From contig CATNEN010000038.1 in the NCBI GenBank assembly GCA_950097015.1, positions 18,042,001 through 18,106,000 of the forward strand: DNA of 64,000 nt. The letters run 5' to 3'. The number at the start of each line of letters is the position of its first letter. Within the stretch, counting starts at the first letter, position 1. Under the pieces are notes generated by a model. That model was not told the origin of the DNA and made no database searches. It saw only the letters and a list, made by a program, of their open reading frames with translations. The translations under genes were made by a program, and so were the position numbers. This DNA comes from Macrostomum hystrix. Taxonomy: Eukaryota; Animalia; Platyhelminthes. Positions 37,401 to 64,000 of this stretch are shown here, one piece after another.

Positions 37401-40400
37401 GAGATAGACTAGCAATCCATTCTATTCCATCATCGATGGAGATAGACTAGCAATCCATTCTATTCCTTCATAAATTAGGATAGATTAGCAATCTATCCTA
37501 TTTCTCCATCAATGGAGATAGAAATCCATTCTATTCCTTCTACAGTGAGATAGATTAGCAGTCCTTATATTTCGATCCGGGTTTAGCAATACAGGTAAGC
37601 ACTGATTCGTAGTACCTGCGTCTCCCCTGTAGTCTCATTGGTGACCCTGGCAGCCATGCTAAGCGAGTCCTTGCCACCGTCGATAGCAACGCCGAGCTGT
37701 TTCATGAAGTCCACAATGGCCAGCGCAGTGGACACCAACTGGCCGCCGTCAGCGTCTCGTTTGCCTGGCCACATCCAGTTAGTGGAGCACTTGACATCGG
37801 CCAGGCTGCTGACGCTGGCCATCGCCAGGTTGGTGAGGGCTTCACAGACGGCCATTCTACCAGCGCAGGCCGGATCTAGCAGGCCTTTGATTGGCTGCTC
37901 GCCGATAGCCGTGGCGCCGCCAACTTTATCGAAATAGCTTAGAGCAACAACGGCCACATCGGACAGTGGAGTGTGAAGAGGACCTACGCACTGCTGCTGA
38001 GCAACCAGGCCAGTGACTGAGCGGTCAACCTTGTTAGTGAGAAATCGTTTGCTGCCAACATCGGCACAGGCTAGCACTGATAGCAGGCTGGTGATCAGGC
38101 AGGACTGGATGCTATCCAGCGATGCCAGGGGCTTTGCCTCGTCGAAGGACACGGACTCAGCCAGTCGATAAGGCCGAAGGTTGCCGCAGTCCAGAAGGAA
38201 CTCCTTCTGCGGCACGCTGCTTAGCACGGCATTCAACGGCAGGCAGACTGGAGTGACAGCCGGGTCTAGCCGTTTAGGCCGCTTAGCGCCGGCCACCTCG
38301 CCGCCGTCGGCAGCAGCGAAGCCATCGCCGCAGCCGAAGTTGTACAGCGTTACTATGCCGGTGTCGCGAACAATGCCAACGTCTGTAATAGGGCAGCGCT
38401 CTCTAAGGCCAATCTGTCTGAGTCGCGGCATGAGTTCAGGTGAGACTAGACAGGCGTCCGATTCCTGATATTCGGCGCCCCACAGCTCGAGTGCGCTCAG
38501 GGTCGGATCGCCCAGTTGAAACCTGTCAGCGTAGATGTCAGCGCCGAGAGGCTCACAGATCTCTTTTAGCACGTTGGCGTTGCCTCCTGCGCCCTGGAGA
38601 GGCGGGGAGGTTAAATTTTATAAAGACAGCCTCGAGTTCGATTTCAATGGGACTCACAAGAAAGAGAGGAAAGTGCAGTTCCAATTGCTTGAGGAATCGA
38701 TGAGGTGACTGGAATTGCATTTTGGCAGGTTTAATAACACAATTTGAGGACTCTAGAGGTAGCTACTCGTATCATAATTCGAGGATCTTTGAAGGCATTA
38801 GTGTCAATGTGAGGTGGCAACCTAGACCTACCTGATCGTGAACGCTCTGAATCGGGTTGCCATCCACGCCCAGTTCGGCGCAGGCCCGCACCACCCGATT
38901 AAGCTTGCCGCCCATCTGGGCGTCGCCTCTCTGCACAGCGTTGAAGTCCAGCTCGGCCGCAGCGGCGCCGCCACCGCCTTGAACGCCGACGGAGCTGGCC
39001 GCACCGCCGCCAACGCCGATTCGATATGCCGGACCGCCAAGCTTCACTACAAGGTCGCCGGGATTAGGAGGCCGCTTAGTAACCAAGCCGTCGTCGAGTG
39101 CGCCAATGCCGCCGCTGAACATGACCGGCTTGACCCATTCGCGGCGATCCTTTTGACTGCCTAGCAAGTCGCCGTAGGCTCTGCAGAAGCCGGCAATGAG
39201 CGGCTCGCCGAATTTGTTGCCATAATCGCTGGCGCCGTCGGAGGCTTCAAGCAGGATTCGCCTGGGCCTAGCCATGCCGTCCGGATAGGCCCTAGAGCCG
39301 AAGCGCTCGTTTAAGTCGCCGACGCAGTAGCCAGCGGTGCCGGCGATGGTGTAGCCGCCGCGGCCGGTGGCGTGCACATCGCGGATGCGACCTCCAGCTC
39401 CGGTGGCTGCGCCTTCGAATGGCGCGACGGCGGTGGGAAAATTGTGCGTCTCGGCTGTGAGAATCACGTGACGCAGGGCTGGCTGCGGGAGCAGGCGAAG
39501 GTCGGAGCAGCGGGCTGGGTCGGCCGGGCACAGGACTGGCACCGGGAGGCCGCGAATGGCGCTGCTGTTGTCGCACATGGCCAACACGCTGTTAGGCGCC
39601 GATTCGGCCAATGTTGAAGACACCAACGACATCAGGTGGGGATATTTGTTGCCTAGCAACGGCTCGCGGGTTGCGGCGTCCAGTAGGCGGCCTTTTAAAA
39701 GAATTTTTTTTCGAGTGTTTTGCTAAAGGGCACACATTGTCCACAAGGATCTAAGATTCATAGTGCTGACCTAGTCTTAAGTATTTTATCGCGCACATTG
39801 CTGCGGATTCGAACTCAGGACCATTGTCCTTCAAGTACTGTCTAAGGAACTGACCTTTAAAGAACCAGTGCCGCGAGTGTTCACTATTTGACTGCGCCAA
39901 GTCGAAGCATTCCACGCTAGTGGGATTCCGTCCTATTGTCTCCGCAAACAGCTTAGTGTAATAGTCCAGATCCCAATCGTCCATGGACAGTCCCATGCTG
40001 GCGTTGACTTCAGCCAACGCTAGCCTGCCTCGGCCGCAGATGTCCACCTCGAAGACTGGCTGCGGCTGAGTTCGCAGCACCGCCAGATAAGAATCAGCGG
40101 TCAGTGGCGCCGGGTAGACGGACTGGGTCATTCTATCGCACAGTTGGTCACTGTGAATCAACTCTGTTAGGCATTTGTTAATGGCCCCGTCTGGCCAATT
40201 GCTAATCAATCGGCTGTACACAAATTGATAAACAATCGACGATTCGATTCTCTGAACTGGTGGCGACAGGCCAATACCGGAGCACATGGCTACGCAGTTG
40301 GTTGAGAAGGCAGTGGTAACGCTAAGCCTGGGCCCGACTTCGGCTTGGAATGCGCCGGCATAGCCGTCCTCGCCGGGTGCCAATTCGGCCAACTGGGAGT

Positions 40401-40593
40401 GGGTCTTGTCAGTGCCAAGCAGATAGTACAACTGGCACTGTTGCTCTTCGCTCAGTGAGTCGGAGCATTGCACATAGTAGCAACGCTCAGTAGCTACAGA
40501 CTTAATAGCTGGGCAGGCCTCGCGACTGCTCACTAGCAGGCTGGCTAGCTGGTCGCCAGTGTGACAATCGGCTGAATACAGACGATAGAATGC
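34421..40593 (-). CDS. PFAS: Phosphoribosylformylglycinamidine synthase (FGAM synthase, large PurL type)
   Basis: Phase-consistent exons 40593-39855, 39691-38832, 38593-37616, 37151-36540, 35868-35407 and 35002-34421. Motifs AQSNSEHSRHWFF, AETHNFPT, GAATGAGGRIRD, HDQGAGGN, DGGKDSLSM, HDISDGG, GGFSYAD, GVCNGCQ (catalytic Cys), MPHPER. The start probably lies in a tiny exon near 41548-41565 (uncertain). Confidence 0.96.
35085..35403. repeat. ~21-bp intronic minisatellite (aacattcaccgtagccctaa)
   Basis: Begins immediately at the donor site of the last PFAS intron. Confidence 0.9.
36043..36392 (+). mobile_element. SINE family A, full-length, antisense in a PFAS intron
   Basis: Head gggggtgagtggcggagcgg through tail cagccctcctgcaattatt. 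Confidence 0.88.
37185..37560. repeat. 38-bp intronic minisatellite (caatccattctattccatcatcgatggagatagactag)
   Basis: About 7 near-perfect copies plus degenerate ones. Confidence 0.95.
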
Positions 40594-40689
40594 CTACAAA
40601 CAGCACGACAGACGTCAGTGGCCTCATAATGATTTAATTCTATAGTGACTTTTCCTCAGCCACAATTCACCTTATAAATCCTTTCCCCA

Positions 40690-41520
40690 GCCTCACGATC
40701 TTATCACAGCTTTCCCTAGCTTGTCTTTATCTTATCACACCTTTCCTCAGCCACTCTATCACACCTTTCTCCAGCCTCCCTAGCTTATCACACATTTCCT
40801 CAGCCACTCTATCACACCTTTCTCCAGCCTCCCTAGCTTATCACACATTTCCTCAGCCACTCTATCACACCTTTCTCCAGCCTCCCTAGCTTATCACACA
40901 TTTCCTCAGCCACTCTATCACACCTTTCTCCAGCCTCCCTAGCTTATCACACATTTCCTCAGCCACTCTATCACACCTTTCTCCAGCCTCCCTAGCTTAT
41001 CACACATTTCCTCAGCCACTCTATCACACCTTTCTCTAGCCTCCCTAGCTTATCACACATTTCCTTAGCCACTATATCACACCTTTCTCCAGCCTCCCTA
41101 GCTTATCACACATTTCCTCAGCCACTCTATCACACCTTTCTCCAGCCTCCCTAGCTTATCACACATTTCCTCAGCCACTCTATCACACCTTTCTCCAGCC
41201 TCCCTAGCTTATCACACATTTCCTCAGCCACTCTATCACACCTTTCTCTAGCCTCCCTAGCTTATCACACATTTCCTTAGCCACTATATCACACCTTTCT
41301 CCAGCCTCCCTAGCTTATCACACATTTCCTCAGCCACTCTATCACACCTTTCTCCAGCCTCCCTAGCTTATCACACATTTCCTTAGCCACTATATCACAC
41401 CTTTCTCCAGCCTCCCTATCTCATCACACCTTTCCTCAGCCACTCTATCACACCTTTCTCCAGCCTCCCTAGCTTATCACACATTTCCTCCATCATCCGT
41501 TATCTTATCACACATTTCCT
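40690..41520. repeat. 53-bp minisatellite built from two ~26-bp subunits, in the putative first PFAS intron
   Basis: Unit ttatcacacatttcctcagccactctatcacacctttctccagcctccctagc. Confidence 0.95.
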
Positions 41521-41841
41521 AAATTATCTTTTTTTACACAACTTTACACTCGAAACGAACCCCATCTTATTTGAAAAAATTAGCAAATAGAATATTAACA
41601 AAGTAAGTGAAGTCCTTGAAAGTATTTTTTAAAACGTTTGTGAATTTTATTTACAATGTTGTTACTAATTTTATAAACAATCGAAAAATATGCAATATAA
41701 TTTGATGAAAAGGCAGAAAAACGAAAGTAAGCAATGCATTCTCATTCAGTCAATAACACAAAACTGACAAGAGTAACATCAAACTCGAAGCTTTAATAAG
41801 AGAAAAATGCAGAGATGTGACATAAGTTGATTATGAATCTA

Positions 41842-44273
41842 CTATTGCACAGTAGGGTACTGCTGTCTAGGCAGGCGGTCCAATATTTGGCATAGCTCGC
41901 CATGGCTCAGGTAAATTATTGACTCGCGCATTATCACCGGCAAGCTAATCAGACTGTTAACTCGTTTCTGAAAGTGCAAACCGCCAATGCTGCGCCTAAT
42001 CACATTCCTAGCCAATAGGTAGAGCGGCAGCGGTTGGACAAACAGCTGGCCGACCTTGGTGACACGATCGTAGAACACCCTACGCTGACGAACAAAGGAC
42101 TCTTTCTCGGCGTCGTCGTGAAATTTTCGGCCGTGCAAAAACGACGCCACGTGGGAGAAGTCGTTTAAAAAGTCGTCCATTGTAATATTCATGTCCGTCA
42201 GGTGTTTGATCTGAATAAGCGAATATTCAGCAGCATTTGATGTCGATATTTTACAGCTAGGCTAATTGAAGAAACAAACAAATTTTTGTCACGCTGAAGG
42301 ATTTCTATCTCTCCCTAGGGTTGAGATTCGAACTCTTGACTGTTCGAATGGTAAAAAATTAACGCCTTATAGCAGGGGCCAGTTTTTCTGAGATTTTATA
42401 AGTAAAATAACTGCGGCTGTGCCATTGGCTGAAGTTATGAGTATTTTTCGAGATATACATGACTATATTTAATAATAAGAATAAAAAATTAGGAGGATGG
42501 CAGGCTATGGCACATTATTTGGTGACTCTAGACCTGAAGCCAGCGAGGAGGCTATGTTCAGTCCATTTCGCTGACTCATAAGCACACAAAGGCACATATA
42601 GTTACGTAGGCACACACGCGTGAACATCTGCACTGACTTTCACATAGTCAAGCAGTGTGAACTTTCAATGTGTCGCGAAGATTGGCCCTCAAGAGCGAAA
42701 TTGCACGACAACCCCCCCGAGACTTCTCTCCACGACTGCGCCCAAAATCAATGTGGCCTCGCCGCGGAATCGAGCTCAGGGACCTTGGTGCGAGAGTCAA
42801 ATGCGTTAACCATTATCTTGAATGTGTAATCTGATAATTGATTCCTGTAGGCTTTGTTTTCGTGATTTTACTAAAAAAACCCAACAGAATAAAGTATCCC
42901 CATGAATTACCTGTGCCGGAGTACCACTGAATGTGAGAAATAGATTTAGAAATGCATCCTCGTATCCGATAACGTCACAGGCGGTCATAATGTCAACGAG
43001 TAATCTGATCAGACACAGCGAGAACTCTCGCTGATCGGGCCGAATCTTTGGACAACCGACGCAGGTGTCGTGCAGGTGAAATCCATTGCGCAACAATGGC
43101 TCGAGCATCTGAAGGCGCAGTTTAAAATGCGACTTCCAATCTACCTGATGCTGCAGCAGGCAATTCACATTGTTACCAAGCCGTATAAGTTCGGCTAGTT
43201 CGAATTCCATACGATCGAGAACTATTTTCCGACCGAATACCATTCGGGCACCGATGTCGAACCAGAAGGCTAGCAGTGGGAAACGACAGTCCCTGTGGGC
43301 GAAGCCGGTTTTATTAGTGAGGCTTGTGAATGCCTTAGCATATACTAATTGATTTGCTTGCATCGCATGTGTCCACATATGCCTCGACTTTCTTATCGTA
43401 AGGCAGTGCACACTCAAATGTATGTCGCCTCGCCTCGACAAGGATCTGCCAAGAGCATATTTTGCTTGAAGTTTTCCTTCGAGCACAGAGCTGAATGTCC
43501 ATGGACATGATTGTTGCACCAAGCTAGGCTACTTGCAACCCAAGATAAGCTACTTTTTCCAAGAATGAACTTAAACTTGCGTAAGCTTCATATTTTAGAC
43601 TTGTACTAAAAAATAAACTTTAACCAGCAACTTTAAGCCGGTGCATCCGAATTGATTCTGTACTAGAAGATTTTGAAAGTGTTCTTCGTAACTAACTAAA
43701 TTCTTCGGAAACTGAATTTTATGTCGTATTCACAATGCTAATTTAGTTCCACATGCGAGAACAAAGTTGAGCAGTGTATTCGTGCTTTTTGTCGCGAAAA
43801 TGCACCAACTTTCTTGAACATCGCGAAATACTGCATAGTCGTTTGTTGCGCAGTGATGTTTATCATTTTCTTTTAATAAAATGTGTTATGAAAAAAATCG
43901 CGCGTTAATTAAATTGAATGACCCGATCGACCCTAAAAACACACCTGTGCAACGCATAGTCCTCAGCTTCGTCCAGCCTTCGATCCACTCGCTCGACATG
44001 ATGCGGACTGAGTCCGGCAGCAATCAATTGGCGCAGAACATCGAAACTATTCACCTCTAAAGCGTAGGCTAATGGACTAATACACCTGGGTTTGTACATT
44101 GGCGCCATTATTGATCGGTTGTTTTTTATAGGCGAATACCAGCCCCACATCACCTCCTCATTGTTGCCATGATCTCGCAGCAAGCGACTGACCAACTCGG
44201 TTAGTTGGCCAACCTCTTTGGTGTCAACCAGCTGCCGTATTTGCTTTGTCAGCTCGTCGTGCTCTGCAGCATC
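41842..44273 (-). CDS. Ankyrin-like repeat + C-terminal SOCS-box protein (ASB-like E3 adaptor), start unresolved
   Basis: Phase-consistent exons 44273-43945, 43292-42911 and 42210-41842 (possible mini-exon 44353-44338). SPLAYALEVNSFDVLRQLIAAG is ankyrin-like; PLPLYLLARNVIRRSIG...VNSLISLPVIMRESIIYL fits the SOCS-box consensus. Confidence 0.75.
42490..42808 (-). mobile_element. SINE family A, diverged copy in an intron
   Basis: Reverse complement gttaacgcatttgactctcgcaccaaggtccctgagctcgattcc...ttttgggcgcagtcg...gagtcagcgaaatgg. Confidence 0.8.
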
Positions 44274-44354
44274 CTGCAAATAAGTGGCACATTTTTAGAG
44301 TAGATCCGTAACAAACACCAGTCTAAGTAATATTTACCTTAGAAGGCCAAAATC

Positions 44355-45160
44355 TAGAAACTAGAAGAATGATCCTCCTGTACCCCAGAAACTAGGAGAA
44401 TGAACATTTTGTACCCCAGAAACTAGGAGAATGAACATTTGTACCCCAGAAACTAGGAGAATGAACATTTTGTACCCCAGAAACTAGGATAATGAACCTC
44501 CTGTACCCCAGAAACTAGGATAATGAACCTCCTGTACCCCAGAAACTAGGAGAATGAACCTCCCGAGAAACTACTGGAACAAACAACAGTACCACAGAAA
44601 ATATCAGAACGAACAACAGTACCACAGAAACTACTAGAACGAACAACAGTACCACAGAAACTACCAGAACGAACAGCAGTACCACAGAAACTACCAGAAC
44701 GAACAGCAGTACCACAGAAACTACCAGAACGAACAGCAGTACCACAGAAACTACCAGAACGAACAACAGTACCATAGAAACTACCAGAACGAACAGCAGT
44801 ACCACAGAAACTACCAGAACGAACAGCAGTACCACAGAAACTACCAGAACGAACAGCAGTACCACAGAAACTACCAGAACGAACAGCAGTACCACAGAAA
44901 CTACCAGAACGAACAGCAGTACCACAGAAACTACCAGAACGAACAGCAGTACCACAGAAACTACTAGAACGAACAGCAGTACCACAGAAACTACTAGAAC
45001 GAACAGCAGTACCACAGAAACTACTAGAACGAACAGCAGTACCACAGAAACTACTAGAACGAACAGCAGTACCACAGAAAATACCAGAACAAACAGCAGT
45101 ACCACAGAAACTACTAGAACGAACAGCAGTACCACAGAAACTACCAGAACGAACAGCAGT
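44355..45160. repeat. Two abutting minisatellites (~32-bp gtaccccagaaactaggagaatgaac...; 30-bp accacagaaactaccagaacgaacagcagt)
   Basis: Both share cagaaacta; the switch is at ~44560. Confidence 0.93.
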
Positions 45161-46670
45161 TGATGAAAAAATATATTTGAAGTCTATAATAAGTAAAACT
45201 AGTTCTTAACCGAGTAAGAAACAAAGTCCACGAAATATATACGTAAAACACCGGCGTTAACAAAAAGGCAGAACCACATACTCAACAATAGTACAGTATT
45301 TATTTACAACAAAAAAGCTTACAGTTTTCGACATACAGTACGTATCGTGCACACTTTTTTTTATCGAAATGAAGACAAATTTAACGAAGACAAAACTGAT
45401 GAAAGCAAGCAAAACAACTAGCGCAGAAATACGAATATAACAGCAAGCTTATAAGCTTATAACCGACTTTGCAAACCCAACACCACACGGGAAACGGCTA
45501 AGTAGCCGTTCAGAATTGATGATTTTTAATTCAATACCACAAAAAACTATAATCCGAGATATAATGGCAAGGCAAGCAATTATAAGCGAAGCGGATTTTA
45601 GCGGAATTAAATGAAAAAAGCGAGTTGAAAAATTAAGCAAGCAAATAAGCTTATTTAGAGATGGCAGAACCAAAAAATGGAAAAATGGAAAATAGAGTAG
45701 CAGTTAAAAATCAACAGAAAAAACATGACGCTAAACGAGATTGAACAAATGAGCAACAATAATATATATAATGCAAATTATACACTAGGAGAGACCACAG
45801 CCGGATCAATGTAATCACCAAGTTAAAATGAAACAAAACAGAAACAACTTTAGTGAAACGAAAATCAGAAAATATGTTTAACAATAATATTGCTCTTCGC
45901 GCAAGACATTTTTCGATCTGAGTAGCAGAAATAAAACAATTAAATGGATTGAAAAGACATAAATAAAAACGAATATTTACAAACTTGGAAAGCAATACAG
46001 TTATTAACAACCATTGAAACAAAGACTTGGGACCAACCGTAGTACACCCTTAAAATGATTTAAAAACGGAATGGCCATTAACTATTATATACAAAGTAAA
46101 TGAAAACTCTAAAAGAAACTACAGGACCATTGCGAAAAGAAACACTTTGCTGTTGTATCTAATTACGAACTGAATATTGAAATTATTTCTATGAAAACCG
46201 AATTTGAATTTTCGCCAAAAGCAGTCGATAGGTATAACAAAAAATTTCATGCAAAAAAAAGTTAGAATATGTATTTTTGCAAAACTTAAAGTTATTTGGT
46301 ACGATACTAGTAATATTTTTAGTAGATTTAAGATCTAGTAGGAAGACCTAAAGTGCGCACATTCTACCGATATTTAGAGCACAATAAACATTAAAACACG
46401 ATTCATAAAACGCATTAGTTAGGTACAGCAAAATACACACACCATCATAACACCATCGGCACACAATCAAAATAGGATGAAAAAATGAATGAAGAACTGA
46501 ACAAGAACAAAATAAAATAAAACAAATGTTACTAAATAAACCCCGAAACTATACAAACTGTCAATCATTCGACAAGTTCTGAATAGTTCAGTAGTCTCAT
46601 GCATGAGAAGGCTACATGAGAACGAACGTCCATGGACACTACAACACGCAGAGAGACCATTGAGCAGTGC

Positions 46671-62821
<16,151 letters not shown>

Positions 62822-62871
62822 CTATTTGATTTGGTTGAGAAAAAACTCATGAGTTATTTTGTGCGAAGATT

Positions 62872-64000
62872 GGCATAGAAGCGGGTCTTGAAATATCCCA
62901 TAGAAGCGGGTCTTCAAATATCGCATAGAAGGGGATCTTCAAAGATACCTTCAAAGCGGGTCTTTAAAGATCCTACAGAAGCGGGTCTTCAAAGATCCCT
63001 TCAAAGCGGGTCTTTAAAGATCCTACAGAAGCGGGTCTTCAAAGATCCCTTCAAAGCGGGTCTCAAAAGATCCCATAGAAGCGGGTCTTTACAGATCCCA
63101 TAGAAGCGGGTCTTTACAGATCCCATAGAAGCGGGTCTTTACAGATCCCATAGAAGCGGGTCTTTACAGATCACATAGAAGCGGGTCTTTACAGATCCCA
63201 TAGAAGCGGGTCTTTACAGATCCCATAGAAGCGGGTCTTTAAAGATCCCATAGAGGCGGGTCTTTAAAGATCCCATAGAGGCGGGTCTTTAAAGATCCCA
63301 TAGAGGCGGGTCTTTAAAGATCCCATAGAGGCGGGTCTTTAAAGATCCCATAGAGGCGGGTCTTTAAAGATCCCATAGAGGAGGGTCTTTAAAGATCCCA
63401 TAGAGGCGGGTCTTTAAAGATCCCATAGAGGAGGGTCTTTAAAGATCCCATAGAGGCGGGTCTTTAAAGATCCCATAGAATCAGGTCTTTACAGATCCCA
63501 TAGAATCAAGTCTTTACAGATCCCATAGAATCAGGTCTTTACAGATCCCATAGAAGCGGGTCTTTACAGATCCCATAGAAGCGGGTCTTTAAAGATCCCA
63601 TAGAGGCGGGTCTTAAAAGATCCCATAGAGGCGGGTCTTTAAAGATCCCATAGAGGCGGGTCTTTAAAGATCCCATAGAGGCGGGTCTTTAAAGATCCCA
63701 TAGAGGCGGGTCTTTAAAGATCCCATAGAGGCGGGTCTTTAAAGATCCCATAGAGGCGGGTCTTTAAAGATCCCATAGAAGCGGGTCTTTAAAGATCCCA
63801 TAGAAGCGGGTCTTTAAAGATCCCATAGAGGCGGGTCTTTAAAGATCCCATAGAAGCGGGTCTTTAAAGATCCCATAGAGGCGGGTCTTTAAAGATCCCA
63901 TAGAGGCGGGTCTTTAAAGATCCCATAGAAGCGGGTCTTTACAGATCCCATAGAATCAGGTCTTTAAAGATCCCATAGAAGCGGGTCTTTACAGATCCCT
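62872..64000. repeat. 25-bp intronic minisatellite (gatcccatagaggcgggtctttaaa), runs off the window
   Basis: Direct inspection. Confidence 0.95.

Noticed and set aside
37185-37450. CRISPR-like palindromic 38-bp repeats
   Set aside because: Units are contiguous with no unique spacers, there are no cas genes, and the context is a eukaryotic intron.
43293-43522. N-terminal part of the 238-aa ORF as coding sequence
   Set aside because: It contains a SINE A hairpin fragment (~43370-43412); the phase-correct acceptor is at 43292.

Overview
Eukaryotic (animal) genomic DNA with GT-AG introns, GC-rich exons and minisatellite-filled introns. The overall style suggests a free-living flatworm such as Macrostomum (inference only, not verified). 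The left half (1-32 kb) is a birth-and-death cluster of secreted or surface recognition genes: five C-type lectin/PAN genes (three disrupted), an F-type lectin gene, two Ly6/uPAR-like Cys-rich genes (one a pseudogene) and a triplicated degenerate coding segment. These are interspersed with two tRNA-derived SINE families (one with a MIR-like CORE), a LINE fragment, a Ty3/Gypsy integrase+LTR remnant and a probable LTR. The right half (34-64 kb) holds three tightly packed minus-strand genes: IRE1/ERN1 (5' end outside the window), an ankyrin/SOCS-box gene and PFAS (FGAM synthase), with spacing suggestive of a trans-spliced operon. Most of their long introns carry a private minisatellite. Exon boundaries were read by eye and checked for phase; no database searches were run.
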